A stretch of DNA of 32,000 nt from Crocosphaera subtropica ATCC 51142 (GTDB taxonomy: Bacteria; Cyanobacteriota; Cyanobacteriia; Cyanobacteriales; Microcystaceae). Position 1 is the first letter of the stretch, and every line of letters begins with the position of its first letter. The notes under the pieces were generated by a model. The model had not been told where the DNA came from. It saw nothing but the letters and a program-made list of their open reading frames with translations, and did no database searches. The DNA lies in assembly GCF_000017845.1 (NCBI RefSeq), contig NC_010546.1:1650001-1682000 (forward strand), read 5' to 3'. Positions 17,207 through 26,057 of this stretch are shown piece after piece. Made by a program: the position numbers and the translations under genes.

Positions 17207-18994
17207 ATGAATTTTTCAAGCCGTTCTCACCCTACCCCTTCTAAAGTAAAAAATTTACAGCCATTCCCAACTTTGTTAGATATTTTGGCCTATCAAGTGG
17301 AGCATCAATCGGAAAAAACGGGCTATATTTTCTTAGAAGATGGGGAAACCGAATCGAGTCGTTTAACCTACCAAGCATTAGAGACAGAAGCAAAAGCGAT
17401 CGCAGCCACCCTTCAATCTTGCACTCAAATCGGCGATCGTGCTTTATTGTTATACCATCCTGGACCAGAATTTCTCACGGCCTTTTTTGGCTGTCTCTAC
17501 GCCGGTGTTATTGCTGTACCAGTTTATCCGTCCCATTCTCAGCGAAATTTAAGGAGATTGGAGTCAATTGTCTTAGATGCTCAAGTTAGCATTGTCTTAA
17601 CCAGTAAATCTTTACTTGAAAAGGTTAAAACTCAATGGCAACAGCAACGGTTATTTAATCATCTTAACTGGTTAACCACCGAAACCATTAACCCTGACCT
17701 AGCATCCCAGTGGACAAGGCCAGATATAAGTAAAGATACCATTGCTTTCCTTCAGTACACATCCGGGTCAACCGGACATCCGAAAGGGGTGATGGTGAGT
17801 CATGACAACCTTTTAAACAATGAAAGATTGCTAGAAATGGCGTTAGGCCATTCTGACAGAACTATTGTTGCAGGTTGGTTACCGCTATTTCATGTTATTG
17901 GACTCGTAGGTAATATCATTCAACCTTTATATTTAGGGGTTCCCTCCATTTTGATGCCACCTGACGCTTTTATACAAAAGCCGATTCGTTGGTTAGACGT
18001 GATTAGTCGTTACGGAGTTACCACCAGTGGCGGACCCAATTTTGCCTATGATTTCTGTGTACAGAAAATTACCCCAGAACAATGTTCAGATATTAATCTC
18101 AAAAGTTGGACAATAGCCTTTAATGGCGGTGAATTAGTTCGTGCAGATACCTTAGAACAGTTTACCGAAAAATTTGCTCCCTATGGTTTTCGTCCTCAAG
18201 CCTTTTATCCTTGTTATGGCATGGCCGAAACCACCTTATTTGTGTCTGGAGGCTTGAAAACGGGTCTTCCTGTGGTTCATAAGGTTAATTCTGACAGCTT
18301 AAAACAAAATGTCATTGAATTAGAACAAAATGATCAGGTTAAGACTCAGAAGTTAGTCGGATGTGGACAAACCTTTTTTGACAAAATTATTATTGTTAAC
18401 CCAGAAACTAAAACTCGTTGTCAACCGAACCAAGTCGGGGAAATTTGGATAGGAGGGGTGAGTGTAGCGCAAGGGTATTGGAATGATTTAGAGTCGACAA
18501 AAGCCACTTTTGACGCTTATTTAGCCGACGGAACAGAAGGGCCATTTTTACGCACAGGAGACTTAGGATTTTTCCAATGGGGAGAACTGTATATTACCGG
18601 TCGCATCAAAGATATGATTATTATCAACGAGAGTTATTATTATCCTCAAGATATCGAATCAACAGTTGAAACCAGTCATCGGGCGTTAAGAATGGGTGCA
18701 AATGCGGCCTTTTCTGTAGCGACTAAAGAAGGGGAAAAATTAGTGATTGTGCAAGAAGTTAAACGCACCTATCTACGTCATCTTGATGTTAATGAAGTGG
18801 TGATGGCTATCAATGAAGTGGTTACTAAGAAACATCAACTATCCACACATAGTATTGTACTGCTAAAAACTGCCAGTATTCCTAAAACTTCCAGTGGAAA
18901 AATTCAGCGTTATGCTTGTAAACAAAGTTTCTTAGATAGTACGTTAAATACAGTAGGAATCTGGACTAATAATGTTATCACAGTAAGAAATTAA
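17207..18994 (+). CDS. fatty acyl-AMP ligase (FAAL-type adenylating enzyme)
   Basis: 595 aa. FLQYTSGSTGHPKGVMVSHDNLL, YGMAETT and GDLGF..GELYITGRIKDMIII, plus an FadD32-like N-terminus, fit FAALs rather than acyl-CoA synthetases. Confidence 0.75.
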   Translation: MNFSSRSHPTPSKVKNLQPFPTLLDILAYQVEHQSEKTGYIFLEDGETESSRLTYQALETEAKAIAATLQSCTQIGDRALLLYHPGPEFLTAFFGCLYAGVIAVPVYPSHSQRNLRRLESIVLDAQVSIVLTSKSLLEKVKTQWQQQRLFNHLNWLTTETINPDLASQWTRPDISKDTIAFLQYTSGSTGHPKGVMVSHDNLLNNERLLEMALGHSDRTIVAGWLPLFHVIGLVGNIIQPLYLGVPSILMPPDAFIQKPIRWLDVISRYGVTTSGGPNFAYDFCVQKITPEQCSDINLKSWTIAFNGGELVRADTLEQFTEKFAPYGFRPQAFYPCYGMAETTLFVSGGLKTGLPVVHKVNSDSLKQNVIELEQNDQVKTQKLVGCGQTFFDKIIIVNPETKTRCQPNQVGEIWIGGVSVAQGYWNDLESTKATFDAYLADGTEGPFLRTGDLGFFQWGELYITGRIKDMIIINESYYYPQDIESTVETSHRALRMGANAAFSVATKEGEKLVIVQEVKRTYLRHLDVNEVVMAINEVVTKKHQLSTHSIVLLKTASIPKTSSGKIQRYACKQSFLDSTLNTVGIWTNNVITVRN

Positions 18995-19054
18995 GTCCCG
19001 TAAGTTGGGTTGAGGTAACGAACCTCAGCTACTAAACTAAATAAAATTATTTCT

Positions 19055-19088
19055 GTCCTCAAGATAGTTTACCTTGAGGACTATTTTT
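19055..19088. terminator. bidirectional Rho-independent terminator between the FAAL and COP23 genes
   Basis: Perfect 9-bp stem gtcctcaag (19055-19063) / cttgaggac (19073-19081), followed by tattttta. Confidence 0.6.
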
Positions 19089-19091
19089 ATC

Positions 19092-19934
19092 CTATCGAAA
19101 AAGATTAGGGTTTAAGGTGCGAGAATTAGAAGGACGGGAGTTGGTATTAGTAGGGGTCTTTTCTAATTTTTCTCCGGTTCCTCCATCTGCAGGGGCCAAG
19201 AAAGGACGCAAGTTAATACCATTAGAACGAGGAGAGGAGGGTTTTCCGATTTGGGGAATGGTTCCGTTAAGCAGTTGGCCCAGTGGGTTAGTGATACCGC
19301 TACCTCCCGTAAAAGCGTTAACCCCTTGGGTATATTGTCCTTCTTCTGCTGCGACTAGAGTTTGAAAGATTTGATTACGGGTAACTTCGGGATTTTTTCC
19401 GGGAGGAACGGTTAAAACGATACGACAACGGGGATCAACTTCTGTTGTGACACATATTGTATCGTAGTTATTTTCTCGACCATTCCTTAATTCTAAGAGT
19501 CCGTCGGGTCGATACATCTCTAACCGTCGACTGATTTCATTGCAACGACGTTCTGCTGTCCAACCATCTCCCATATTACTGGGAATGGCCCAAGGATAAG
19601 GTTGCATAGACTGAGACTGAGGACGATACATTACCTTATATTGACCGTCATGATATTGACACTCAAAACGAGTATCACTAGAACTGGTATTGACGGGAGG
19701 AGGGGGGGGAGTGGTTTGGGGATTAGTATCAATAATGATGTCGTCAGGAGTCTGTTGCGCTACATTGTAATCATAATCTTGAGGGTCAGAAGTCCGATAA
19801 TTTCTATAATCTCTGAGAAAGTTAACTAAGGGGTTAGCATTTGCTGATGAAGCAGAAAAGAGAATCATCAGTCCTAAACCGTATCCTGTTCTTTTAATTA
19901 AGGTTTTCATCTCGTTAGATAATTGTTTCTTCAT
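19092..19934 (-). CDS. secreted COP23 (circadian oscillating protein) domain protein
   Basis: 280 aa. Signal-peptide-like N-terminus, Pro-rich linker, then RFECQ...GQYKVMY...PWAIPS...GWTAERRCNEISRRLE...ICVTT...CRIVLTVPPGKNPE, matching the Cys-spaced COP23 domain pattern as I recall it. Confidence 0.6.
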   Translation of the reverse strand: MKKQLSNEMKTLIKRTGYGLGLMILFSASSANANPLVNFLRDYRNYRTSDPQDYDYNVAQQTPDDIIIDTNPQTTPPPPPVNTSSSDTRFECQYHDGQYKVMYRPQSQSMQPYPWAIPSNMGDGWTAERRCNEISRRLEMYRPDGLLELRNGRENNYDTICVTTEVDPRCRIVLTVPPGKNPEVTRNQIFQTLVAAEEGQYTQGVNAFTGGSGITNPLGQLLNGTIPQIGKPSSPRSNGINLRPFLAPADGGTGEKLEKTPTNTNSRPSNSRTLNPNLFR

Positions 19935-20211
19935 AGCGTTTATGTTCCCTCAATGAATAATTATGATGACGATATTGATGTCCAACTGTTTCAACTTTAA
20001 GGGAAATAGTAATAGGATTGATGAGCAAACAGGACAGTTTTTTGAGTGAACAATTGAATTCTACTTTTTTCTACGTCTTTCTACTTTTTTCGCTTATCTA
20101 CTCTACTATTTTTACCTAGTAATACCACTTTAGATGTTCACATTATAGACTATTTATAAATAAATCTAGCACTACAAAAATTAATTAGGACATTTTTTGT
20201 ATCTTTAGCTG

Positions 20212-20409
20212 TCATTCCGAGGAACGAGTAATCTCCTTAACGTCTTCTATATCAAAATCAACATTAAATTTCCAAGTTCTTAAAAATCCATAAATAGCAT
20301 AATTAACATAAGTTTTACCTGTATTATTTTTACCGCAGATAATCGTTAAATCTCCTAACTCAATTTCGGCTTGTTTAATATACCCTAGATTAGAAATTTC
20401 AAATTTCAT
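20212..20409 (-). pseudogene. N-terminal fragment of an SMC/OLD/Abi-type AAA ATPase (truncated after Walker A)
   Basis: Only 65 aa: MKFEISNLGYIKQAEIELGDLTIICGKNNTGKTY is the typical N-terminus plus P-loop of much larger ATPases. The frame ends inside a 25-nt dispersed repeat (20210-20234). Confidence 0.5.
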
Positions 20410-20460
20410 ATTACCTCGCCATGCTATAAAATATGATACATTTAATTATAGTAAGTTGAA

Positions 20461-20778
20461 TTAAGGTCTAAGGTTTCCACCTCGAATTAACCAACCAATT
20501 AAACCACTGACAGAAGCAGTAATACCTATAATAACAATTTGTTTCCAGTTCTTTAATTCTCCTACTTTTTCAGCTAAATCTGGTATTTTTTGAACTAAGG
20601 GTTGTTGCGCTTGTAAAGTTGATTCTATTTTACCTACATTAATTCTTAAATCAGTTAATTGGGTTTCCACAACACCTAATCTTTGTTTCATCTCATTTTG
20701 ATTTTTTTCTAGTTCATCAAACCGACTATTAATTAAGTCTTTTAAATCTTTGAGATCATTCTCTGTAATGGTTGACAT
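20461..20778 (-). CDS. tail-anchored coiled-coil protein (XhlA-like architecture)
   Basis: 105 aa. Heptad-rich N-terminal ~75 aa and a single C-terminal TM (IVIIGITASVSGLIGWLI). Only architectural similarity to XhlA-type proteins. Confidence 0.5.
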   Translation of the reverse strand: MSTITENDLKDLKDLINSRFDELEKNQNEMKQRLGVVETQLTDLRINVGKIESTLQAQQPLVQKIPDLAEKVGELKNWKQIVIIGITASVSGLIGWLIRGGNLRP

Positions 20779-20814
20779 CCCTTAAACTCCTATGAATTTC
20801 TCTTACAATAATAA

Positions 20815-20840
20815 TATCCCCTAATTTTCATTAGGGGATA
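20815..20840 (-). terminator. putative terminator of hemB
   Basis: 11-bp stem tatcccctaat (20815-20825) / attaggggata (20830-20840), loop tttc, 40 nt past the hemB stop. Confidence 0.5.
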
Positions 20841-20881
20841 ACTTGATCTTAATGCTTAATCAATTGACAGACAATAATTAA

Positions 20882-21877
20882 CTATCCTTCTTGTAACCAA
20901 CGGGCTGCATCTTTAGCATGATAAGTTAAGATTAAATCAGCACCGGCACGCTTAAAACTGGTAAGAGTTTCTAAAGTAACTTTCTTCTCATCGATCCAAC
21001 CCTTTAAAGCAGCAGCTTTCACCATCGAATATTCCCCCGAAACATTATAAGCAGCAACCGGAAGATCCGTCATTTCCTTGACCCGCCAAATAATATCCAT
21101 GTAAGATAAAGCAGGTTTAACCATCAACATATCAGCCCCCTCTGCAATGTCGAGATCCACCTCTTTTAACGCTTCTCTAGCATTTCCAGGGTCCATCTGA
21201 TAGGTACGGCGATCGCCAAATTGAGGAGAAGAGTCCGCAGCATCCCGAAACGGTCCATAATAAGCTGAGGCATACTTGGCAGCATAGGATAAGATAGGAA
21301 TATGGTTAAATCCAGCCTCGTCTAACCCTTCTCGAATGGCTTGTACAAAACCATCCATCATCCCCGAAGGTGCAATGATATCGGCCCCTGCGTTAGCCTG
21401 AGAAACAGCCGTTTTCTTTAATAATTCTAAGGTAGGATCGTTTAATACTCTTCCCGTTAAGTCACCGACTTCCAAGTAACCACAGTGACCATGACTGGTA
21501 TACTCACATAAACAAGTATCCACAATAACCACTAGATCAGGAATAGCCTCTTTAACGGCTGTAGCTGCTTGTTGCACAATACCATGATCATGCCATGCAC
21601 CGGTCGCCTCTGTGTCCTTCTCTTCAGGAATACCAAATAAAATAATGGCAGGAATACCGAGATCATAGACTTCCTTGGCTTCATCGACTATCTTATCAAT
21701 AGATAGCTGATAAACCCCCGGCATAGAAACGACTTCTTTGGCGACACTACTACCTGGAACCGCAAATAAAGGGTAAATTAGATCATTAGTGGTCAATATG
21801 GTTTCACGCACCATACGACGGAGGTGATCATTCTGACGCAAACGACGAGGACGGTTAATAGGAAACATAAGCATCAA
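20882..21877 (-). CDS. hemB: porphobilinogen synthase (delta-aminolevulinic acid dehydratase)
   Basis: 331 aa. [20 protein letters not shown] and the active-site region [12 protein letters not shown] are canonical HemB. Confidence 0.95.
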   Translation of the reverse strand: MMLMFPINRPRRLRQNDHLRRMVRETILTTNDLIYPLFAVPGSSVAKEVVSMPGVYQLSIDKIVDEAKEVYDLGIPAIILFGIPEEKDTEATGAWHDHGIVQQAATAVKEAIPDLVVIVDTCLCEYTSHGHCGYLEVGDLTGRVLNDPTLELLKKTAVSQANAGADIIAPSGMMDGFVQAIREGLDEAGFNHIPILSYAAKYASAYYGPFRDAADSSPQFGDRRTYQMDPGNAREALKEVDLDIAEGADMLMVKPALSYMDIIWRVKEMTDLPVAAYNVSGEYSMVKAAALKGWIDEKKVTLETLTSFKRAGADLILTYHAKDAARWLQEG

Positions 21878-22005
21878 TACATAAAGACTAGCTTAATTAC
21901 TGTACAGCGATCGCCTTCCCTTCATGGCAAAAAAAAGTAAATACTCAATGATTTGTAACGTTGTCAAAATTTAAAATTCTATCTATAATGTATATATAAG
22001 CACAT

Positions 22006-22391
22006 GGGGCCGCAACGGCTTCGACAGGTTGGCGAAATCCGAACTGTGATGCAAGCCGAGAGTGAGTCGTCTCTCGCAAATCAAAGGCTCAAAAAAAATA
22101 GTAACTGCGAATAACATCGTAAGCTTCAAGCGCGTGGCAGTAGCTGCGTAGAACTCTCTCATAGAGTCGCTTACCTCTGATTTGACTCCGTTAAAGATTT
22201 AGAGGTACCAACCCCAACGGATGCCCTTAATAGCTACCTCTGGTTAGCTGTTAAGTCAAGACTATACCAGAGCATCCCACCGTTCGGGATAATGAACGGT
22301 TCCCGCCTTGAGGATCAGAAAGGATAAGCTTGTGAATGAGCAGTAGGTCAATACCCAGTCTGGACAGCAGTTCGACTCTGCTCGGCTCCAC
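22006..22391 (+). ncRNA. ssrA: tmRNA (one-piece)
   Basis: 5' GGGGCCGCAACGGCTTCGACAGG. The 3' T-arm and acceptor GCAGTTCGACTCTGCTCGGCTCCA pair with the 5' end, including the G3-U pair. Tag ORF GCG...GCG TAG at 22107-22151 encodes ANNIVSFKRVAVAA. The CCA end is only partly encoded. Confidence 0.9.
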
Positions 22392-22428
22392 TTTAACTAA
22401 AGATTGATAAGGGGTAATCATTGTAACT

Positions 22429-22467
22429 GGAAGCATATCACTTCTGTGACGTAAGTGATATGCTTCC
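22429..22467 (+). terminator. strong hairpin terminator downstream of ssrA
   Basis: Perfect 15-bp stem ggaagcatatcactt (22429-22443) / aagtgatatgcttcc (22453-22467), 9-nt loop, followed by atttaata. Confidence 0.65.
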
Positions 22468-22772
22468 ATTTAATATCAGAAACGATATGCTTCTTGGTAG
22501 AACTTAAATCATGTATGAGAATTCAATAAATGAATATATAAAGATATTACTACCCCAAATCACACTTATAATTAATACCAAATAATAAAATTAATAATGA
22601 ATTGGGCTTGACAAGTTCGTCCCCATAGCTGTAAACTACTAAAAGTAAGGTTAACAATGAGGATCTTTGCGATTTTGAAATTCGAGTATATATTTCCATT
22701 ATGAAATATATATCATTAGTATGATAATATGAAGACAGAAAGTTTGTCAAGGGAAAAAATAATTTTTTTGTA

Positions 22773-25037
22773 TTAATGATCAACATTGTAAACCAAGACG
22801 GGGACTCGTTTATATGCAGGGGTTTGCGATCGCTTATCTAAATGTGCTTTCATCAAGATATTAGCTTCAGGATAGAACATTAAAGCAGCACCTGGTTTAA
22901 TTTCACCGCAAATAATCTCAATATTGTCCAATTTTCCCCCATCTCCTTGCACTGTTACCCGTTGATAATTATTTAACCCTGCTTTAGTCACATCTTCGAC
23001 ATTCATTAAGATACAATGACGGTGAGGCATACCGCGATAGGGATCATCGTTACGATAGACTACCGTATTATGTTGACGATAACTGCGTCCAGTAATTAAG
23101 GCAACTACCACCCCAGAAAAGGGGCCAGACACGCCAAACTCTGACGGTTGGGGTAAGGTAATAGTGGGTAAAGGTGTTTCTTGCATCATCGCTTTACCTG
23201 ATGCTGTGGGAAACTTCGGTTCAGTAAAAATGCGACCTGAAATAGTAAATTCTTCCTTTGTTTCGTCTATATGTGCAATCTTTTCGTAACCTGGAATGGT
23301 TTCAGAAATAAGTTTTCTGACATAACGGGTGTCTTGTAACTTGCGCCAGTCTACGGGACTATCTCCTAAGAGACGATGGGCTAATTCTGTCATAAAGTCG
23401 ATTTCGGAGACAAGATCGGCATTTTGTAGGTGAGTTTTTCCCTCATCATTTAACCTAACAAAATTATTCCCTGACTCAACAGTGGTTTTATGGGGGTTTT
23501 CAAACCTTGCATAGACAGGAAGAATGAGAGTAGTTTCTGCTGCGAGGCCATGAAAATGGCCTAAGTTGGGTTTCGTAGAAAGATAGATAACCGTTTTAAT
23601 GTTACCTAAAGCGCGTTTTGCTTGGGTTAAGTCAGGGTTAGCTGCATAAAGATTTCCACCCAAACATAACAAACTGTCTACCTTGTTGTCATCTGCTGCA
23701 TCGATAAGCGATCGCGCGTCATAACCTGGGATAGGATTAAGCGATCGCCCTAATAACGTTTCTAATGCGTCTTGGATCTCTTTTTTGAGGATGTTGCTGA
23801 CTCCCATTGATCCAAACCCTTGTACATTAGAATGGCCACGAATAGGCATTAAACCAGCACCTAATTTTCCCACATTTGCGGTCATTAATGCTGTGTTTGC
23901 AATACTAAAAATAGTTTCTACACCGTGTAACTGTTGCGTCACACCCATGGCCCAAGCAAACACCACACCGTTTGCTTCACTGATGAGAGTTGCAGCAGTT
24001 TCCATGTCTTCTTTGGAAACACCACAAGTATCTGTAATAGTCTCCCAAGAAGTTGCTTGAGACTGTTGTAGAATTGTTTGCCAATTTTCCGTATAATTTT
24101 CTAAGAAATCTGGTTGTATTAACCCTCTTTCTATCAAAGATTTTTGTATCCCGACAAAGATAGCAAGATCGCTACCCGGATGAGGTTTTAAGAATAAGGA
24201 TGCAATATCTGATCCTGGTATAAGAGACTTGAGGGGAAATGCAGGAGAAGCGAACTTTTTTAACCCTATTTCTTCGACAGGGTTGATCACGATAACGGTT
24301 CCCCCACGATCGCGTATTTTTATTAATTCATTCATCAGACGAGGGTGGTTTGCTGGTGCATTGGAACCCACCAAAACCACGCAGTCAGAAGCTTTTAAGC
24401 TTTCCAAACTGACTAAAGATGTCCCTGTACCAAATACGGTTTTTAACCCCACTGCTGAGGCACGATGACACAAATCAGAACAATCTGCTAAGTTATTAGA
24501 GCCAAGCGATCGCATCATCAACTGTAGAAGATAAGCTGCTTCGTTAGAGGATCGTCCGGAACTATAGGAAGCAATGCGATCGGAAGGTTTCTTAAATGCT
24601 GTTTCAACTAAATTATAAACTTCATCCCAACTGATCCGTTGATAATGACTGTCTCCTTTGCGTAGAATAACAGGGAAGGTTAAACGGCCCAGTTTATCTG
24701 CTTCATGTGAAGTTAACTGTTGTAAGTCTGTGACAGAATATTGTGTAAAGAAATGGGGTTGTATTCCTGGTTGTAACTCAGAGGATATTGCTTCGACACT
24801 TTTGACACACCGTTGTAGGGTTTCCCCGACTTCATTAGTAAACCCACCTTTTTGTCCTCCGGTTCCCCATGCGCAAGATAAACACGCACTTTTATGAAAT
24901 AGGGTTTTCCAGATGTCTATCGCATCAGCAGAAAGGGTGTAATTTGCCCAGTCTTCTATCAAGGGTAAACCACCGCCCATTGTTTTGCCAGGGTGTGGGG
25001 TTGAGGGGTTGTTGTCGGGTTGTTTTGAGTTGTCCAC
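22773..25037 (-). CDS. FdhF/YdeP-family molybdopterin oxidoreductase
   Basis: 754 aa. N-terminal Cys-rich motif CLSCAWGTGGQKGG, the molybdopterin-oxidoreductase core and a C-terminal beta-barrel fit the YdeP-like branch. The tracked start is GTG at 25037; ATG at 24980 is an alternative. Confidence 0.75.
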   Translation of the reverse strand: MDNSKQPDNNPSTPHPGKTMGGGLPLIEDWANYTLSADAIDIWKTLFHKSACLSCAWGTGGQKGGFTNEVGETLQRCVKSVEAISSELQPGIQPHFFTQYSVTDLQQLTSHEADKLGRLTFPVILRKGDSHYQRISWDEVYNLVETAFKKPSDRIASYSSGRSSNEAAYLLQLMMRSLGSNNLADCSDLCHRASAVGLKTVFGTGTSLVSLESLKASDCVVLVGSNAPANHPRLMNELIKIRDRGGTVIVINPVEEIGLKKFASPAFPLKSLIPGSDIASLFLKPHPGSDLAIFVGIQKSLIERGLIQPDFLENYTENWQTILQQSQATSWETITDTCGVSKEDMETAATLISEANGVVFAWAMGVTQQLHGVETIFSIANTALMTANVGKLGAGLMPIRGHSNVQGFGSMGVSNILKKEIQDALETLLGRSLNPIPGYDARSLIDAADDNKVDSLLCLGGNLYAANPDLTQAKRALGNIKTVIYLSTKPNLGHFHGLAAETTLILPVYARFENPHKTTVESGNNFVRLNDEGKTHLQNADLVSEIDFMTELAHRLLGDSPVDWRKLQDTRYVRKLISETIPGYEKIAHIDETKEEFTISGRIFTEPKFPTASGKAMMQETPLPTITLPQPSEFGVSGPFSGVVVALITGRSYRQHNTVVYRNDDPYRGMPHRHCILMNVEDVTKAGLNNYQRVTVQGDGGKLDNIEIICGEIKPGAALMFYPEANILMKAHLDKRSQTPAYKRVPVLVYNVDH

Positions 25038-25425
25038 GGTTAATGATTAATATTTGGACAAGGATAATTTTTGCTCTCTCCTTTAATTATAGGGACTGTA
25101 TGGGGTTAATTTATCGATTATTAAGATGATTTTATAACTTATTGACAACCAACTTCGCAAGTTGTTCTCTTTTAAACATCAAATATCTTTACAAGCAACT
25201 CTTCCAAAGCTTCCGGCTATTATTATCTTGTCTTTGTACTTTTAAAAATACATTTTTATTTTTGTAATTTACATGACAAATTCGGTAGAACCGAATTTAA
25301 AGAAATTCATGATTTTTTTATGTCTTTAGAGAGAGTGTTTGTATTCTAAAGATAGATGATTAAAGAAATATAATATTAGAGCATAATAAAAGCGTAAATA
25401 GATATGAAAAAGGGATAAAGTCAGT

Positions 25426-25962
25426 ATGTTCAATAGTTTAAATTATTTGTTCAACACAGCCATTGTAGGAATTTTAGCTTATGTTGGGATAATCATTTTA
25501 TTGCGTATTTCTGGTAAACGAACATTATCAAAATGGAATTCTTTTGATTTCGTTGTGACCATTGCCTTTGGTTCTATTTTGGCTGCTATGCTTTTGTCAT
25601 CAAACACCTCTTTGGCTCAAGGTCTTCTGGGATTTGGTTTATTGGTACTTTTTCAATATCTTTTGACTTGGATAGCGGCTCGTTCTCCAATTATACAACA
25701 ATTAATAAAAGCAAAACCAACGCTACTGTTATATCAAGGAAAAATTCTTGATTCTGCGTTAAAAAATGAAAGAGTTAGTGAAGGAGAAATATTAGCTGCT
25801 ATACGAGCTAGTGGTATTTCATCGGTAGAAGATGTTGAAGCAGTTGTATTAGAAACCGATGGTAGCTTTAGTGTTATTAAGGAAAAACCCAGTCACTCTG
25901 ATTCTGCTTTTAAAGATGTTCAAGGTTATAACTCCCATTTATCTAACTTAATTGTATCTTAA
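25426..25962 (+). CDS. DUF421 (YetF-like) membrane protein
   Basis: 178 aa. ISGKRTLSKWNSFDFVVTIAFGS and a C-terminal soluble domain are typical of DUF421. Confidence 0.65.
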   Translation: MFNSLNYLFNTAIVGILAYVGIIILLRISGKRTLSKWNSFDFVVTIAFGSILAAMLLSSNTSLAQGLLGFGLLVLFQYLLTWIAARSPIIQQLIKAKPTLLLYQGKILDSALKNERVSEGEILAAIRASGISSVEDVEAVVLETDGSFSVIKEKPSHSDSAFKDVQGYNSHLSNLIVS

Positions 25963-26057
25963 AGCGATCGCTTCTCTGCGGCTGACGTTTGGCACTATGG
26001 AATTGATCCTACAACCTGTAGAATTTAGGGTATGATTCTTATGTCTCTGGTTTTTGA

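Noticed and set aside
19117-19829. Two plus-strand ORFs (19117-19365, 19602-19829) antisense to the COP23 gene
   Set aside because: Both are Pro/Gly/Arg-rich mirror translations of the Pro-rich COP23 protein. Shadow ORFs.
22251-22469. 72-aa minus-strand ORF
   Set aside because: It lies on top of the tmRNA 3' half and its terminator. The RNA gene explains the sequence.
22550-22786. 78-aa minus-strand ORF in the ssrA-ydeP spacer
   Set aside because: Extremely AT-rich with an implausible composition (runs of L, I, Y, F, N). It overlaps the oxidoreductase stop and has no Shine-Dalgarno.
22392-25037. Genomic island integrated at the ssrA 3' end
   Set aside because: There is no integrase and no second copy of the tmRNA 3' end (att duplicate) anywhere in the window. 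The next gene is a metabolic oxidoreductase carrying HIP1 sites like core DNA.
23785-25129. Four plus-strand ORFs (23785-24060, 24229-24468, 24658-24897, 24869-25129) antisense to the molybdopterin oxidoreductase
   Set aside because: All lie within or at the edge of a 754-aa gene with clear family features. Typical antisense shadow ORFs.
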